Shown: positions 24,083 through 38,200 of the stretch, piece after piece
Position numbering within the stretch: position 1 is the first letter of the stretch
Layout: every line of letters starts with the position of its first letter
Origin: Haliotis cracherodii
Taxonomy: Eukaryota
Direction: 5' to 3'
Assembly: GCF_022045235.1 (NCBI RefSeq)
Contig: NW_027266308.1
Location: 52,390,001 to 52,454,000 of the forward strand
Length of the DNA: 64,000 nucleotides
The notes under the pieces: model-generated
Seen by the model: only the letters and a program-made list of their open reading frames with translations
The model's database searches: none
What the model was told of the DNA's origin: nothing
Translations under genes and position numbers: made by a program

Positions 24083-26367
24083 TGGATGCAAGACTGATGA
24101 ATGTGTGCTGTGTAGAACAGGGACTTAGACTTTATCACATATTTTGAATTGGACTGTAAATCATTGATCCTTCTGCAAACTAGAAATAAAGGGTTTAGTA
24201 ATTTATGTTTGACGGTCATTTTTTAATGTTCCATGTAGTATACACCCAAGGGAGTTGATGTCATTGCTTTTTTCACACTTGTGACAATTCATTTTGGAAA
24301 TAATAATTTTTTCAGTAGACTGCTGGACCAGCAGCCGTATTGAACACTTCTGACATTTTTGTCCTTGTTCTCATCTGTAGACATTTTCTCCACTGAAGCT
24401 TGGCATACATACACCCACCACTGTGGCCACCAAATATTTCTTCAAATTTGTTCCGATGTTTGGAAAAGGTTTTAATATTCTTCTCAAAACATCTAAAGAT
24501 AATACTTTGTGGAAATGATGACAGCTGGAAGTGGTTTCAAGTATTTGCACAGGCCAATACCTTGGCTATTGTACTTGTAGACAGTGCTGCAGAAAGATTT
24601 TTCTGAACACATTGCTGATGTATTTTATCAATTGAAAAAAATATATTCCTACTTAATAAACAGTTTTGTAAGTATTTTGAAACCACGAAGCACAGCCTGT
24701 TGAGACTTTACGTGAATGATAATGATGATAAGTAATTTAATACTTTTCATGATCTGAATTCAATTTGGCCCCTATCAAAGTTGCCGATGGTATTGCAAAA
24801 TAGACGTGTGCTTTCATGTCCAAGACTATTTGTCTAAAAATGAGAAGGGTATATGTTGGAACTTTGCATGAATGTTAGATTGTCAACATTTAGTGTTGTG
24901 AATAATTCGTAACTATGAGAAAAAAGCATGAGTTCCAGAGAGTTGAAAATTTGTGTGAAGGATTGATTGAATGCTGTCTCTACACTGCAGTTGACAATAT
25001 GACGCCTACATTTTGCCTGGATGTTACTGATCTTGTCAGTGGGGCGGTCGGGTAGCCAAGTGGTTAAAGCGTTCGCACATCACGCCGAAGACCCGTGTTT
25101 CTTTCCCGACATAAGTACAATGTGTGAAGCTCATTTCTGGTGTCCTCTGCCGTGATATTGCTGGAATATTGCTAAAAGCGGCGTAAAACCATACTCACTC
25201 ACTCCGTGGTTGATAGCATCACCCCACATCTTCAACCATAATCAATGGCATGACACACATCAACCAACCATTCCTCTTTGGTGGCTACTTTGACAAGTAT
25301 GAGATTTTCAGATTCTGCTAAGAATTTCTGCAGGGATATGTCGCAGATGTTTTCACCACGAAACCTAACATCAAGGTTTAAAATAAAAGGCTTGAACATA
25401 TTGAAGGGAGTGGACATCATATGAACAATAATTCCATTCAATCAGAACTGATTTACCTATCAACAGAGCATTGATATCTAGAATTATTGTGATCATCAGG
25501 AAACTCCACAGTGAGTGAGTGAGTGAGTATGGTTTTACGCCGCTTTAAGCAATATTCCAGCAATATCAAGGCGGGGGACACCAGAAATGGACTTCACACA
25601 TTGTACCCATGTCGGGAATCGAACCCGGGTCTTCTGCGTGATGAGCGAACGCTTTAACCACTAGGCAATCGACCGCCCCTGGAAACCCCACAGTACACTT
25701 TTGTACTTCTTTTTCAAACAGATGTTTGTCATCAACAGTACTCTGCTTAGGCAGGTTAGGAGTGAGTGAAAGCTGTTTCACGCTGTATATTGATCATAAC
25801 AGCAGCCTGTAAATAACCATGTCGGAACCACAGTGTCCCCATTTCAGTCTGGAAATAGTCTTATCTTACCGGCCCATACCAAGAATTATAACTCATAAAG
25901 TATGTCCTATATTACAATATTCTATATTTTGCCCTGCAATCCACACAGGTATCCGTTGAGGACATGCAGGACATGGTTCCCATTCTTCTTTCTGATGTTG
26001 GAAGGTTATAGACAGATGCAGCCAGCCAATAACTTTTGCTGATTATATAACACAATTCATGACGAGCAGCTGACCAATGTTTAGCATTCAACACTGACCC
26101 ATTCAAATGATCAACATTTAGCATTCACACAGGGGCCTGTGAAGATCCGGATAGGGAATAGGTCTTCAGCAACCCATGCTTGTCGTAAGTGGCAAGTAAT
26201 TGGATCTGGTGTTTAGGCTTGCCGACATAGTTGATGCATTTCATTGTATCCTAATTGCGTGGATCGATGCTCATGATGTCAATCACTGGATTGTCTGGTC
26301 CAGACTGGATTATTTACAGGCCGCACCATATATCTGGAATATGCCAAGTGAGGCATTAAACAAACAA

Positions 26368-26968
26368 GCATTCAGCACGGGATCCACTGAGTGGATCACT
26401 GTTTAGCATTTAGCACAGGATCCAATGAGTTGATCACTGTTTAGCACGGGATCCACTGAGTGGATCACTGTTTAGCATTCAGCAAGGGATCCACTGAGTG
26501 GATCACTGTTTAGCATTCAGCACAGGATCCAATGAGTTGATCACTGTTTAGCATTCAGCACAGAATCCACTGAGTGGATCACTGTTTAGCATTCAGCACG
26601 GGATCCACTGAGTGGATCACTGTTTAGCATTCAGCGCAGGGTCCACTGAGTGGATCACTGTTTAGCATTCAGCACAGGATCCACTGAGTGGATCACTGTT
26701 TAGCATTCAGCACAGGATCCAATGAGTTGATCACTGTTTAGCATTCAGCACAGAATCCACTGAGTTGATCACTGTTTAGCATTCAGCACGGAATCCACTG
26801 AGTGGATCACTGTTTAGCATTCAGCACGGGATCCACTGAGTGGATCACCGTTTAGCATTCAGCACGGGATCCACTGAGTGGATCACCGTTTAGCATTCAG
26901 CACAGGATCCACTGAGTTGATCAATGTTTAGCATTCAGCACGGGATCCACTGAGTGGATCAATGTTTT
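26368..26968. repeat. 38-bp minisatellite with internal palindrome GATCCAC-TGA-GTGGATC, about 15 copies
   Basis: Unit GCATTCAGCACGGGATCCACTGAGTGGATCACTGTTTA; period 38 (26589, 26627). Confidence 0.93.
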
Positions 26969-29026
26969 GGAGTGTGACTATTGCTAACACTGCATCATCA
27001 GTAGTGGGATGTATGACTAATGTTGCAGGAGTGAATAAAAAAACAACTTTTTTTTAATAGTTTATTATAAAAGGAAACCAGTAGGATATGTCTGTCTTCT
27101 TGTATCACAGTGTAGGAAGACATCATGCCATTCAGACATGCCATTCACCCTAGTGCAGGGATTGTAGTCAACAGTGACATTTTACAGTCGGTTCAGGAAG
27201 CCTGATAGAAACAATCCAACAAGTTGGTCATAAGATCAATGCCACATTTGACTTCAAACGATTATTATGATATGAATAACAATAACATACAAAGCAGTAT
27301 GAACTAACAAGGAGGGCAACGGGATACACATAAATTTCTAAGTCTGTTGATGTTGTATTCGCATTCGAAGATGTGGTCTGCATGATATCAGTTCTGAAAA
27401 AATTAAACTACATCATGTTAACACAGAGCTCACTCTCTACTGTCACCAACAGTCCTCGATTCTTACAACTCCCAGATTAGTTGACTTGTTACATTTGACA
27501 CCCGCTGTTGCATGGCGTCTATAAGAGAGGTTTTAACTGTTGCCCCTTTTCTCCAGTTCTAATGATGGTGATTAAAGGCACTATGGGAAGCTGCTGCTCA
27601 AACAAGGAAGTCAGGACTGCGAAGTTGAGGCCACACGTTTTTCCTTTTGGTTTACATGTTTTCTGGTTAATTACCCTGTTAATTTCATGACAAAGAATCA
27701 TAATTTAATAACTAAAAAAACAATTCATACAGTTACATAAATAAGTATGCAATGTGTGAAGTGTTCATTAACTCAGTCCTGGACTGAAACATATATGTAG
27801 TTTTTTTCATTGTTAAAATACAAGTTTGCATTCAGCAGAATTGTAAACCAATTTTTAAAAAAAGGTTTGGCCTGAAAACTATGCGTAAATTATGGACATT
27901 TCATGGAAGCAAAAAATGCACATGATGATATAAATAAATAACATTTATACACAAAATAAATTACAACTGATCAACTGAAATCACAACCACCAATGAACAT
28001 AACAACCTAACCAACTAACAAATCAAAGCCAACATGAGATCACAGCTTACAATACAGACAAAGTGTACCTTTTGGTACCAACAATACTCATAATTTACAC
28101 TCCTTTCGTAGTTATTGAAAACTTGGAATCCAAGTTTCTTTTGTATCAATGAACAATAACCATGAAAATGAATGTACTTGATAGCTGTCTTGAAATCAAC
28201 CTTGAGCACTTTACAGGTTTACAGAGGATTCACACATTAATCATATTATTTATTAGTTACATATTTCGTTGTCCGAACTCGAGAAAATGGATGAAGGAAA
28301 AGACTTCTTGGAAATATCGAAGCTGTTCAAATATCAAACACATTGTTATGAAGCATAGTATCTGATATCAACAAGACAAATTTGAACTTTTCTACTACAA
28401 ACATTGAAACAATGAAAATGCCACGAAAAGCTGACTAGAGCTTGAAAAGACAAGTTCTATGATGGTATTCTACATTAGAAAAGTTCTAGCGTGGTAAATA
28501 TGTCCTAATAAGCTCACTAGTAAACATCTATATTCTATGTTGTTATCCCTTGATAGTGTACTTGACTGAAGCAGTAACTAATTATAAAGTGAATGGTCTC
28601 TCTTTGGGAAACAACACTACTCATTCAATACAGACAATTCTAACAAACGTTAGAAAAAACAAAAGACATGATAAACAAATAGTTTCACAGGAAGTTTCAA
28701 CTTTGATATGAAAAAAAAGGAAATACTGATTCATGAATCTAAAATACTTCTTTGTAAACACACGCAACACAACTTGTAGTAGTGGCTACCGCTATCACAC
28801 TAAACTGGTAACACCACAGTACTACCCAGAAACACAAAACTCAAGTAGAATAGCACTCAAAATTCACTTTTTCATTTCAAATTCACATTATCTATAACTC
28901 AAAATTTGTTATTTCAGAAAGAAAGAGATCAATATTTTTCAGAACAGTTTTTATCTGTACCATCTTAGTATCCTTTCAAAATCAGTGAAAATCATTTGCA
29001 AATTTAGTTTGGGAAATGTTCTGTTT

Positions 29027-29590
29027 CAATCTCATTAAAATCAGATCTTAGTCCTCGCTACAGCGACACAAAGACATCCCATTACAGGTCATCTCAGAAC
29101 GACCTTTCAGCCGACCAATCAGAGCATTGCTTAAACATCACAAAAGTGAGAGTCTGAATGTGTTTTCTGATCTTGTAACCTCGCATTGGGCATTCCAAAC
29201 GAAATCATCGTCTATCTCTTGCTTCAATGGGATAAATATGTGAAACAAAACACTTTCCATGGTCTGTGGAAGTACTGTCATACAATATCTGCCATCAATT
29301 AGACATTCCAGATTCTCCCATTGTTCAGTTTTTAAATTCTGAATTGAAAACCTTGTCAATTTATTTTCAAAGTGTAGTCTGTAATGGAAGTTGCCATTTT
29401 GAAACTAGTGCCATAAAGCTACAGAAAGCTGCTTTCTGATTGGCTCCTGTCGACTTCCTGTAATAGTCATTTCATTGGTCAATCAAAGTTTGCGAAAGAT
29501 CACTCTGACTGTAGACATAAACCGTAATGGGTTCTCCTCAGACCTTTGGGAAGCAGTAGTGAGCCTTAAGACCTGATTCTAATGAGATTG
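29027..29590. mobile_element. MITE with CAATCTCATTA TIR and about 10-bp TSD, downstream of the NEK2 stop
   Basis: caatctcattaaaatcag...ctgattctaatgagattg; TSD tgttctgttt/tgtcctgttc. Confidence 0.75.
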
Positions 29591-30368
29591 TGTCCTGTTC
29601 TTCAATCTCACAAACTCAGCATTCCGAGTGAGTGAAACACTTCACATGAAGCACTTCATACATCTAACACATGAAAGTAGGATTTCTTTAACAGCTGTAC
29701 AGAGTCAATATCATTCCTGACGTCTAGAACAAAAAACCCAACTACCTTGGAAACACAGGTAAATCAACTTCAGACTCCCAGGTCTTTGTGCTGACATTTG
29801 CAACTGTTATGCTTCAAAACTGATGTAGCATTAAGTTAGCATTGTGAATAATTAATAATGTTTTCGCCCATCTCAAATTATACCCCTGTACCACTGTCCA
29901 CAATGTTAATACACCAACATCAAGCCAAACATTTTCTAATGCCAATTATTTGAATTTCTTGATAGAAATAAACATGTATTTGTTCTCTCACATACAAAAA
30001 CAAGTAGTCCCAAGAAGAGCTCAGCCTTGGATCTTTAAACTTGGAATAAGGAATTCCAATAGCACGATATTGTCATTACTTTTAAAAAACAAAACACAAA
30101 ATTATCACAAGAGAATGAAAGCTCTCATAACAATATGGCAGCCATTATCACACAACATTCAAATCACTTTGACTGGCTGGCCTCAGCAAGCAATTTCTAA
30201 TATAGATTCTGCTTACAAAGAACTGTTTCAGCATCAGATTTACAAATCATCAAAATTCCTGAGATGACTTCTCCGATAGTTCTCTCTCTATATAAATAGC
30301 CCTAGGCCACAATTAAAAACACATGATTCAAGATGGCTAACAACCTGATTCATTTCACACAATAGATA

Positions 30369-33300
30369 TTAACGGAAGTATAACAAATTGCGGGTCTTAT
30401 ATTTTGTATCTAAATCAACTCCTCCATAGTCAAAGGCCCTAACTTTTGCCTTGATCAATCGGTCCTTGATTTCTTGGCGCTTTACCAATTCTTTTGTGTA
30501 CATATCATCATAATCTTTCACTTCAGTCACGTAGTCAGGGAAACGCTGGCGTTGACGAAGATTCTCCTTGCCGTACATGTCGAAGGAAACACGTTTCTTT
30601 GGAGTGTCTGCCTCCTTCTTCCCTTTGGAAAGACAAGAGTGAGGAGACTCTAGATCGGTTAACTCTGAAAATATACAATGACAGTGTTAGACATTACGGC
30701 ATGAGGTTTGAGACAAGAAGAGTGTTGAGATTTTACCAAGGTGCTGTTACATTTTGCACAGACCATGTTTCATTTCGTTATGATGCATCAAGTTAAAAGA
30801 ATTCGAGTTAAAGACGTTCACCACTTTGGTGAAACCCACTAGCACGGGTATGGTGCTGACAAACCTAGAAAAATAATCGGGGTGAATCAGGGATTTGAAC
30901 CCATGATCAAATGTTTCCGGTGTTCCCAAGGGACGCAACTCTGCACAGTGAATTGCGGTGCCTCAGATGTTTGGGCCACCTGTGACCCTTTCAGTAAAGA
31001 TCAAGTGGTTTTGGAGACCAAGATGCAATCATGGATACACCAATCAGGGTCCAGTGGTGTGTGTCTTAGCCTTCATCACAAAGGATATTATGTTGAAAAC
31101 ATATTCTGGTCATATCGCTTAACATGTAAATGGTCAATGGTCTCTCAAGGTATACCTGAAACAAACCCCATGTGGAATGCAAATGCAGAATATTTTTCAC
31201 CTTAAGCATATACAGTTGCTACAATATGAGTTGCAAGTGATGTGGTATTACAATGCTTTCCGATACTTACCCATTTCTGTTTCTGAAGATTATTTATAGA
31301 AATGGTACTACTGACAGTACAAACAACACAACAATGATTTTGTCTGAAACTTTAATGCCTAAAAATAGCGCAAAAAAAACACACATTTTTTTTATCTTGG
31401 CACATTACCGAACCTGCGGTACAAAAATATTCTTGCTCTGTATCTGATGTCAGATTGTCTTAAAGGGCAAGTAAAGTCAACATACCAATTTCGAAGATTG
31501 TAATATTTTGAGACATATTTACTCACAAATGCTTGACCAAAATTAAATTTGAGAAACAAATTTAGCATAAAACAGACAGGCGAAATTGTCCCCCAAACGT
31601 AAAATTGCGCCACTGCGGCGATTCCCCTTATTTTGGTTAAAACAGATTCCTGGTGTTTGAATATTTTAGGAGCCAAACCTTCGTTTATAGGAGCCAACCA
31701 TTTATTCCACGGAGCCTGACTGAGAATCTGGGATTGGACATACGTCCACCCAAGTTTCATTTGAGGTAGGACATATGTTCGCAGCTGCTTCAATGTGTGA
31801 AATCTAAAGATGGGTATTCTGTTGTAATAATAGACCGGTAACCTTAATTATGTAAATTAATTATGTAAATATTTCCTTTCGGCGCACTATCACTTCATGC
31901 AAATGCAACCGGGTACAAACTACCCTAGCTATTGATGAAACACCTTTTATGGTCACCAATCATATTTAAGTCACATAGGTGACCAAAATGGTTGCTACTT
32001 AGGGGGCTGAAAGAAGTTTCAAAATCTACACCATTGTTGGGTCGCAAATAATTATTTATGTTTTAAAAGCATCCATCGGTCCCATATAGTGTTTGATAGG
32101 AGTCCCCCCCAGCTTAAACAAACACAATGCTGATTATCCCTTGGTCAGCTGCTGGACAAGAAAGAAGTCACTGTTTCAGGTACCCAACAGGATGTTGGTG
32201 ATAAAATGCAAGTTACAGATTGTTAATAGTTATTAATTTTTATGCACAATATCAAGATCAAAGTTGACGTTTCACACATTCAACAATGTATGCAATGCCC
32301 CAAAACATGTTTGTTTTGTAATTTCAGTACTTTCATTTGGACATTTAGATAATCTCTAGGAATTCCCCCCTCAGAAACTGACTTAAAATATGTAGGACTA
32401 TTGACATTTGCAAGCAAATCGCAATAATTTCTTTCACTTTACTTGCCCTTTAAAACATACCAGTAGTAAATGATCAACATTGTCTTAAATATTTGTTTGT
32501 GAAAATATTTTTACATCCAAGCTGACTGAGACATAAAAGAAGTTCATCTCTGTGAAGGGTGTGATATATTCTGATGACTGTTTACAAGTGCTATACACTC
32601 ATTTTCTACAGACACACATGCCAATTAAATGTACTGGTATATACATATGAAGGGCAATCTCATTAAAATATGATCTTAGATCTCGCTACCGCTAAACAAA
32701 GATCTGAGGACATCCCATTCTGGGTCATGTCAGACCAACCTATAGCGAACTTTAACCGACCAATGGAACAACAGACAAGAAGTCTGCATAAGCCAATCAG
32801 AAGGCAGCTTTCTTGTGCTTTACGGCACCAATTTCAAATAGGCGACTACGCTTCAAAACATATTTTGACAAATTCTCAATTAGAAAAGTGAAACCTGAAC
32901 AAAAGTACATTCCGGAATGGTTAGAAGATGGTCCAGATTGTATGAACTCAGTCGTTAACTATTGTTCAGAATATCCCGAGCTAAAGTTTTGAGGTTGCGT
33001 CAGAAAACACATTCCGACTGTCACTTTTGTGATCTGGTAAGCGACACTCTGATTGGTCCGATGAAGGGTCGTTCTGACATGACCCCTAATGGGATGTCGT
33101 CAGATCCTTGTTTAGCGGTAGCGAGAATGAAGATCTGATTTTAATGAGATTGATATGAAGGGTGACTATGAAAGAAGTGTCAGAAGACTACATAATGCAT
33201 ACTGGTTGTACTACAATCTTGACCGCCACTGTCAAAGTACTTGCCCATGATGGTGTATTGCTGAAAGCAGCGCAATAGCGTTATCACTCACTTTAAAGGA

Positions 33301-35184
33301 GATATATCTTTCTTAATTTGATGTCTCATGATTTGTATCTGTTGCACACCAAGTTGACATGACACCAGATTGCATGTCACCAGATCAGTGCTGTTGAAAT
33401 GCACTTAGGTAATTTATTTCTATATATGTTGATCGCAGATTTTTAAAATCAAGATCAGGAGTTGGAAGAGAGAATAAAAAATTCAAACGTTGACACTGTG
33501 GCTCTGAAGAAGTAACACCATTCTCATGAGACTAAGACATTGTATGTTACAGATATTTGTCCATTTAGCAAAGTTTTATAAATCTCATGCTATTTCATCA
33601 TGTGGACAGGATTGTACTACAATCCATATGCATTATGTAAGCTTTAGGATAGTGAGGTTTGATACTTAATGAATGGCATGTACAATCATGCTCCACTACG
33701 ACAAGATCAACTACAGAATGGATCATACAATTCAAACACTGCTGATGAAGGGAAGGCACTATGTCAGCTAGGCATGACCAATAAACAGTGATTGAGTGAG
33801 TGAGTATGGTTTTATGCCGCCTCTAGCAATATTCCAACAATATCACGGTGTGGGACACCAGAAATGGGCTTCACACATTGTACCCATGTCAGGAAAAGAA
33901 CCTGGGTCTTTGGTGTGACGAGCAACGCTTAACCACTAGGCTACCCGACCGCCCCGACCAATAAACAGAACTCACATGATCAGCAAAGGGAAACCAGTGA
34001 TATTTTTGTTATTTTGGACATAAAAAAGTAGGGTACACATTGAAGTAGACATTGATTATAAATATCTGTATCACATAACATTACAAGAGCATGACAGGAA
34101 ACAACTAGAAGCATCTACAGAAAAAGTGGATAGTTTAATAATTTAGCTACTTGTCATCTGTCAAGAAGAAGGACATTACTGACTTCTTGTCACAATCTGA
34201 TGTTGTAGAAGCTATGGACGGATGTGGAGAGTTGACTTCTGGATTTCAGGGTCTTTATTAGGTCACTGGGACACTATGTGAAAGGTGCTTGATAAAGGTA
34301 ATAGCTCTAATATCAAAATGTCATATTGAGAGAATAAAGAATTTGTCAGGTGGGTCCTTTTTCTTGACTGGTGATGCTAAATTCTACAAAGCAGGACAGT
34401 TATATATTGCACATTCAGGAGCCACAGACATAGGATGATATGATACACATAATGCCTGGATGTATATATCACATCAGTCCATGATACGATAGAAGAAAAA
34501 GTTTCATTTGGTTATGACTGAAGTGAAAAAGCAGACCATTTAATTGGCTTTTTTAAAATTCTGTCGCATTTGCCAAAGACTTTTCATGCTTAATGCTTAC
34601 TATTCACCCAAAAGATATGATAATGTAATACATATTACATAGGTTAGAGGTATCTATACTGTACAAAACATTATCAATCTTGTGTCAACTTTTGAATACT
34701 AAGATGTACTGCATTGTGATGAAAACCATATCATGGACCAAAGATCATGCATATCAAGTAACGATCAGAAATGTATGAACATGTCAGACAGTCAGTTGAT
34801 TCTTTGAAGTGGAGAGCGAGATGGCTTAGAGCGGACATGACAAAGCTTGTTAGTGGGCAGTCTTGGGGGTGGCACAACAAAGCCAGCAGGAAGACACACA
34901 GGTGAGATGTTCTCTCCATTCTGTAGGCTGTATTTCCTACCTGGCATAGGGGTGGGGGATCCCTCCGCCACCCTGGGGCTGCAGTAGAGATTCTCGTCTA
35001 TCACAGACCCTCCTTGACGTTTACACTGAGACAGGAGATCCATAGCTCTGAAAATATAAACATTGTTGGTGTCTTTCTTTTGCATACAGCTGTTTGTTTC
35101 AAGTTTCAAGTGTCTGTAGATGAAGTCATATGAATAGTTGGCGAATTGGCTTTTTGTTGACATGAAGTTTTACCATTTAGTTGC

Positions 35185-35237
<53 letters not shown>

Positions 35238-38200
35238 TTGTTTTGTTTGTTTGTTGTTTAACGCTGCGCTCAGCAATATATCAGCTATATGACGGCAGTC
35301 TGTAAATAACTGAGTCTGGACCAGACAATCCAGTGATTGATATCATGAGCATCGATCCACGCAACTGGGATAAGATGACATGCATCAACCAAGTCAGTGA
35401 GCCTGACCACCGGCAAGTATTGGTTGTTGAAGACCTATTCTACCCCGGATCTTCAAGGGTCCTCATATCAATTTTAATACTTATGCATGGGCCAAGTGAC
35501 CTATTTACTGGGAAAACAATGGACATATTGAGGAATATAGTACCAATAACTTGGGGACCCCTGACAACCAGGAGCAAAGGTACACCATGACAAAAAGATT
35601 TTTATCCCCATAAGGTGAGGTGAGGTGAAATGGGGTTTTATTTTGTGTTCAAGATTATTGCACTCATAGAGCGCCATGCATGCTGTGGTATGACCCCTGA
35701 TCTTCCACTCTACAGGCAGACACTGTACCACTAGACCACCGAGGTGGTCGTACCCCAATAAAAGATTGTAAGCTTTTACACCATCAGTCTAACGTTGTAT
35801 GCACAAATCACACGTCATAAGGCCATACATAACTCTCTTAAATAACTGTAAAAAAAGTCACTCATAAACTAATAGTATCTGAAGCTTATGTGATTTACCT
35901 TTTCAGTTTATCATCTGCAAGTTTCTCCTTTAATGCAAGACTTCTCTCTCTACCTGAAAGAATCATGTTTATATACTTGCTTATGACCAAACGTTACACA
36001 TATATATATGAACATATCTGGAAACTAAGACGAGTTCTATGGATGAACAACTTCTTTATTACAATTAGTGCGACGTTTCGGTGTAGATCCTAACATCTTT
36101 ATCAAGCAAGTGATGGATAGTGCTAAACAACATAGGTATGTATACTTATTAACATCAATGTTTATACAGTAAATTGATTGATGGACACAGAGAGCTGATT
36201 AAGATAATTGGAAGCCAGTGGATGACTAATAAAGAAGTTGTTCATCCATAGAACTCGTCTTACTTCATCACACCAACTTCTAAATGCCACTGAAAGAAGA
36301 TATCTGGAAACCTTTTACAGTAGATTCCCTTTGGGCCTTTCCATTTTGTACACAACTTTTTATATCAGTAGGCAATTTCGTCGACTTGAAAAAGCAATAT
36401 ATTCATAAAAAAAACCAATGCTGGTGGTGTGACGGAAAGGATCAATAAAACTGCTGGGGACAGCATGATTAGCACTGAAACATATTGGTTTTATGCTTTA
36501 AGAAAATGAAATACCAGGAAAACACTGGACTTACTATCAAGCTCCTTCTCACGAAGATCCAATTGTCTGAGCTTAGCACGTAGTTCCTCTTCCTGGCGTG
36601 AGATTCTATCTGGTTGTGGTGGTGCTGAGGTATCACTCTCGCTGCGAGAACTGCGGCGGGATAATCTATCTCTCATACACACCACAAGACTGTCACTCAG
36701 AATATCCTCAATGCCTGGCCTCCGAACAACCTACAAACAACATACAATTTAGATTAGTTAGCACCTTCGATTCTGTTGATAATTTGGTTCACAGATTCCT
36801 CCACAATGTAGAGTTTGTCACAATAAAAATATCATGATGTAGTTTTGAAAGTGATTTCTTACAAGAATTGTCTGTCAGGTGAAATAAAGAAAAATATCAA
36901 GAAGTGTTTAACGGAATGGCAGGTAAAATGATTACTTTGTTTCACAAATCAACTTTGAATTTATTTCATATTTCAACTTAATTTAACACTCGACAGGAAG
37001 AAAACCTTGCAAGGCACGATGTCGTCATACCACCCACCTCAACTCTAATCATCTTCCTAATCACTTGGTCCAGCTGGTCTGAGTACCGAGATGGAAGACG
37101 AGCGAAGTCACCAATGCGGATCTTGCGATTGAGTTCTGTTTGACTTGTGGCAGTGAATGGAGGGTAGAGGGCACACAGCTCATACAGCATGCACCCCATA
37201 GCCCAGATGTCAGACTTCTCGTTGTACGACATATTGTTGACTAGTTCCTGGAACCACAGAATTGGATAGATTTGTGCCTTTGAATTTACATTTAGCTGTG
37301 TACTACAACATGGTTCCATTCAATACACAACTGTAAATTTTATAAAAGAAACCCAGTATATTTATATACTTATCATATCTCACACTAAGCATTTCTTCCT
37401 TCTTCTTTCGATCCTTCTGTGGAAACATGCTTGAACAAAGTTTTACAGCTTCTAAAAACAATTCACCCGGACACATTCCAGCATCACCATGGGCACCCAT
37501 CTTCCCGAGGCAAGAGAGTTAACTGACTTTAAAAGTCCAGTTTCCACCCTTGCCGAACAACATTAACAAGCCACCCTAACTGATGAAGCTGCAGTGTGAA
37601 AATTGAGATGGTGCACAACGTCTGGATCTGTGTGGGCCTGAGTACAATCAACGATGTTTAACTCTAACGCAATCCCTCGAATGTGTAGGAACTTCATGAT
37701 GGGCTTGAAAATACGGATAAAAAGCCACAGGGCCGAAGAAATCCAAAATGGGAGCACCTTCCATTTGTAGTGGCGGCCTTGGAAAATTAACCAAAGGAAA
37801 TAGCGATGCTCCCGATGGATGGGTACGTGATGAAACACGTCCTGGTGGTTGAGACCAACCATGTGGTCGGTGGGTTTGATGAAAATTTGAGGGAGCCTGA
37901 TTAATGTCACGTGAAAATCCTCTAGATACACTGTGTTGTTTGTTTTCATATTGAAGATAAGGAAGATCAGGGAGTAAAATCCTAGGGTACTTGTGTTTGG
38001 ACTTTCTATATTCTATGGCATGTTTTGAAAGCGTACCAATGGTTTCTTTCAGTGCCAGAAGTTGGCTGGCCGGATACACTCGCTGCATGGGTGTGGACGT
38101 CATCGGTGGCGTTCCAATCAGTGGCAGAATGTAACCATTCTGCAGGAGGACCATCATGAAAGGATCGGCCATGATTGACCAATTTGCTGCAAATAGACTA

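Noticed and set aside
26368-26968. Palindromic 38-bp repeats resembling a CRISPR array
   Set aside because: No unique spacers, no cas genes, eukaryotic context; it is a plain tandem repeat
31392-31793. 133-aa ORF as a possible transposase
   Set aside because: Non-ATG start, runs across the TIR of the element, no transposase motifs
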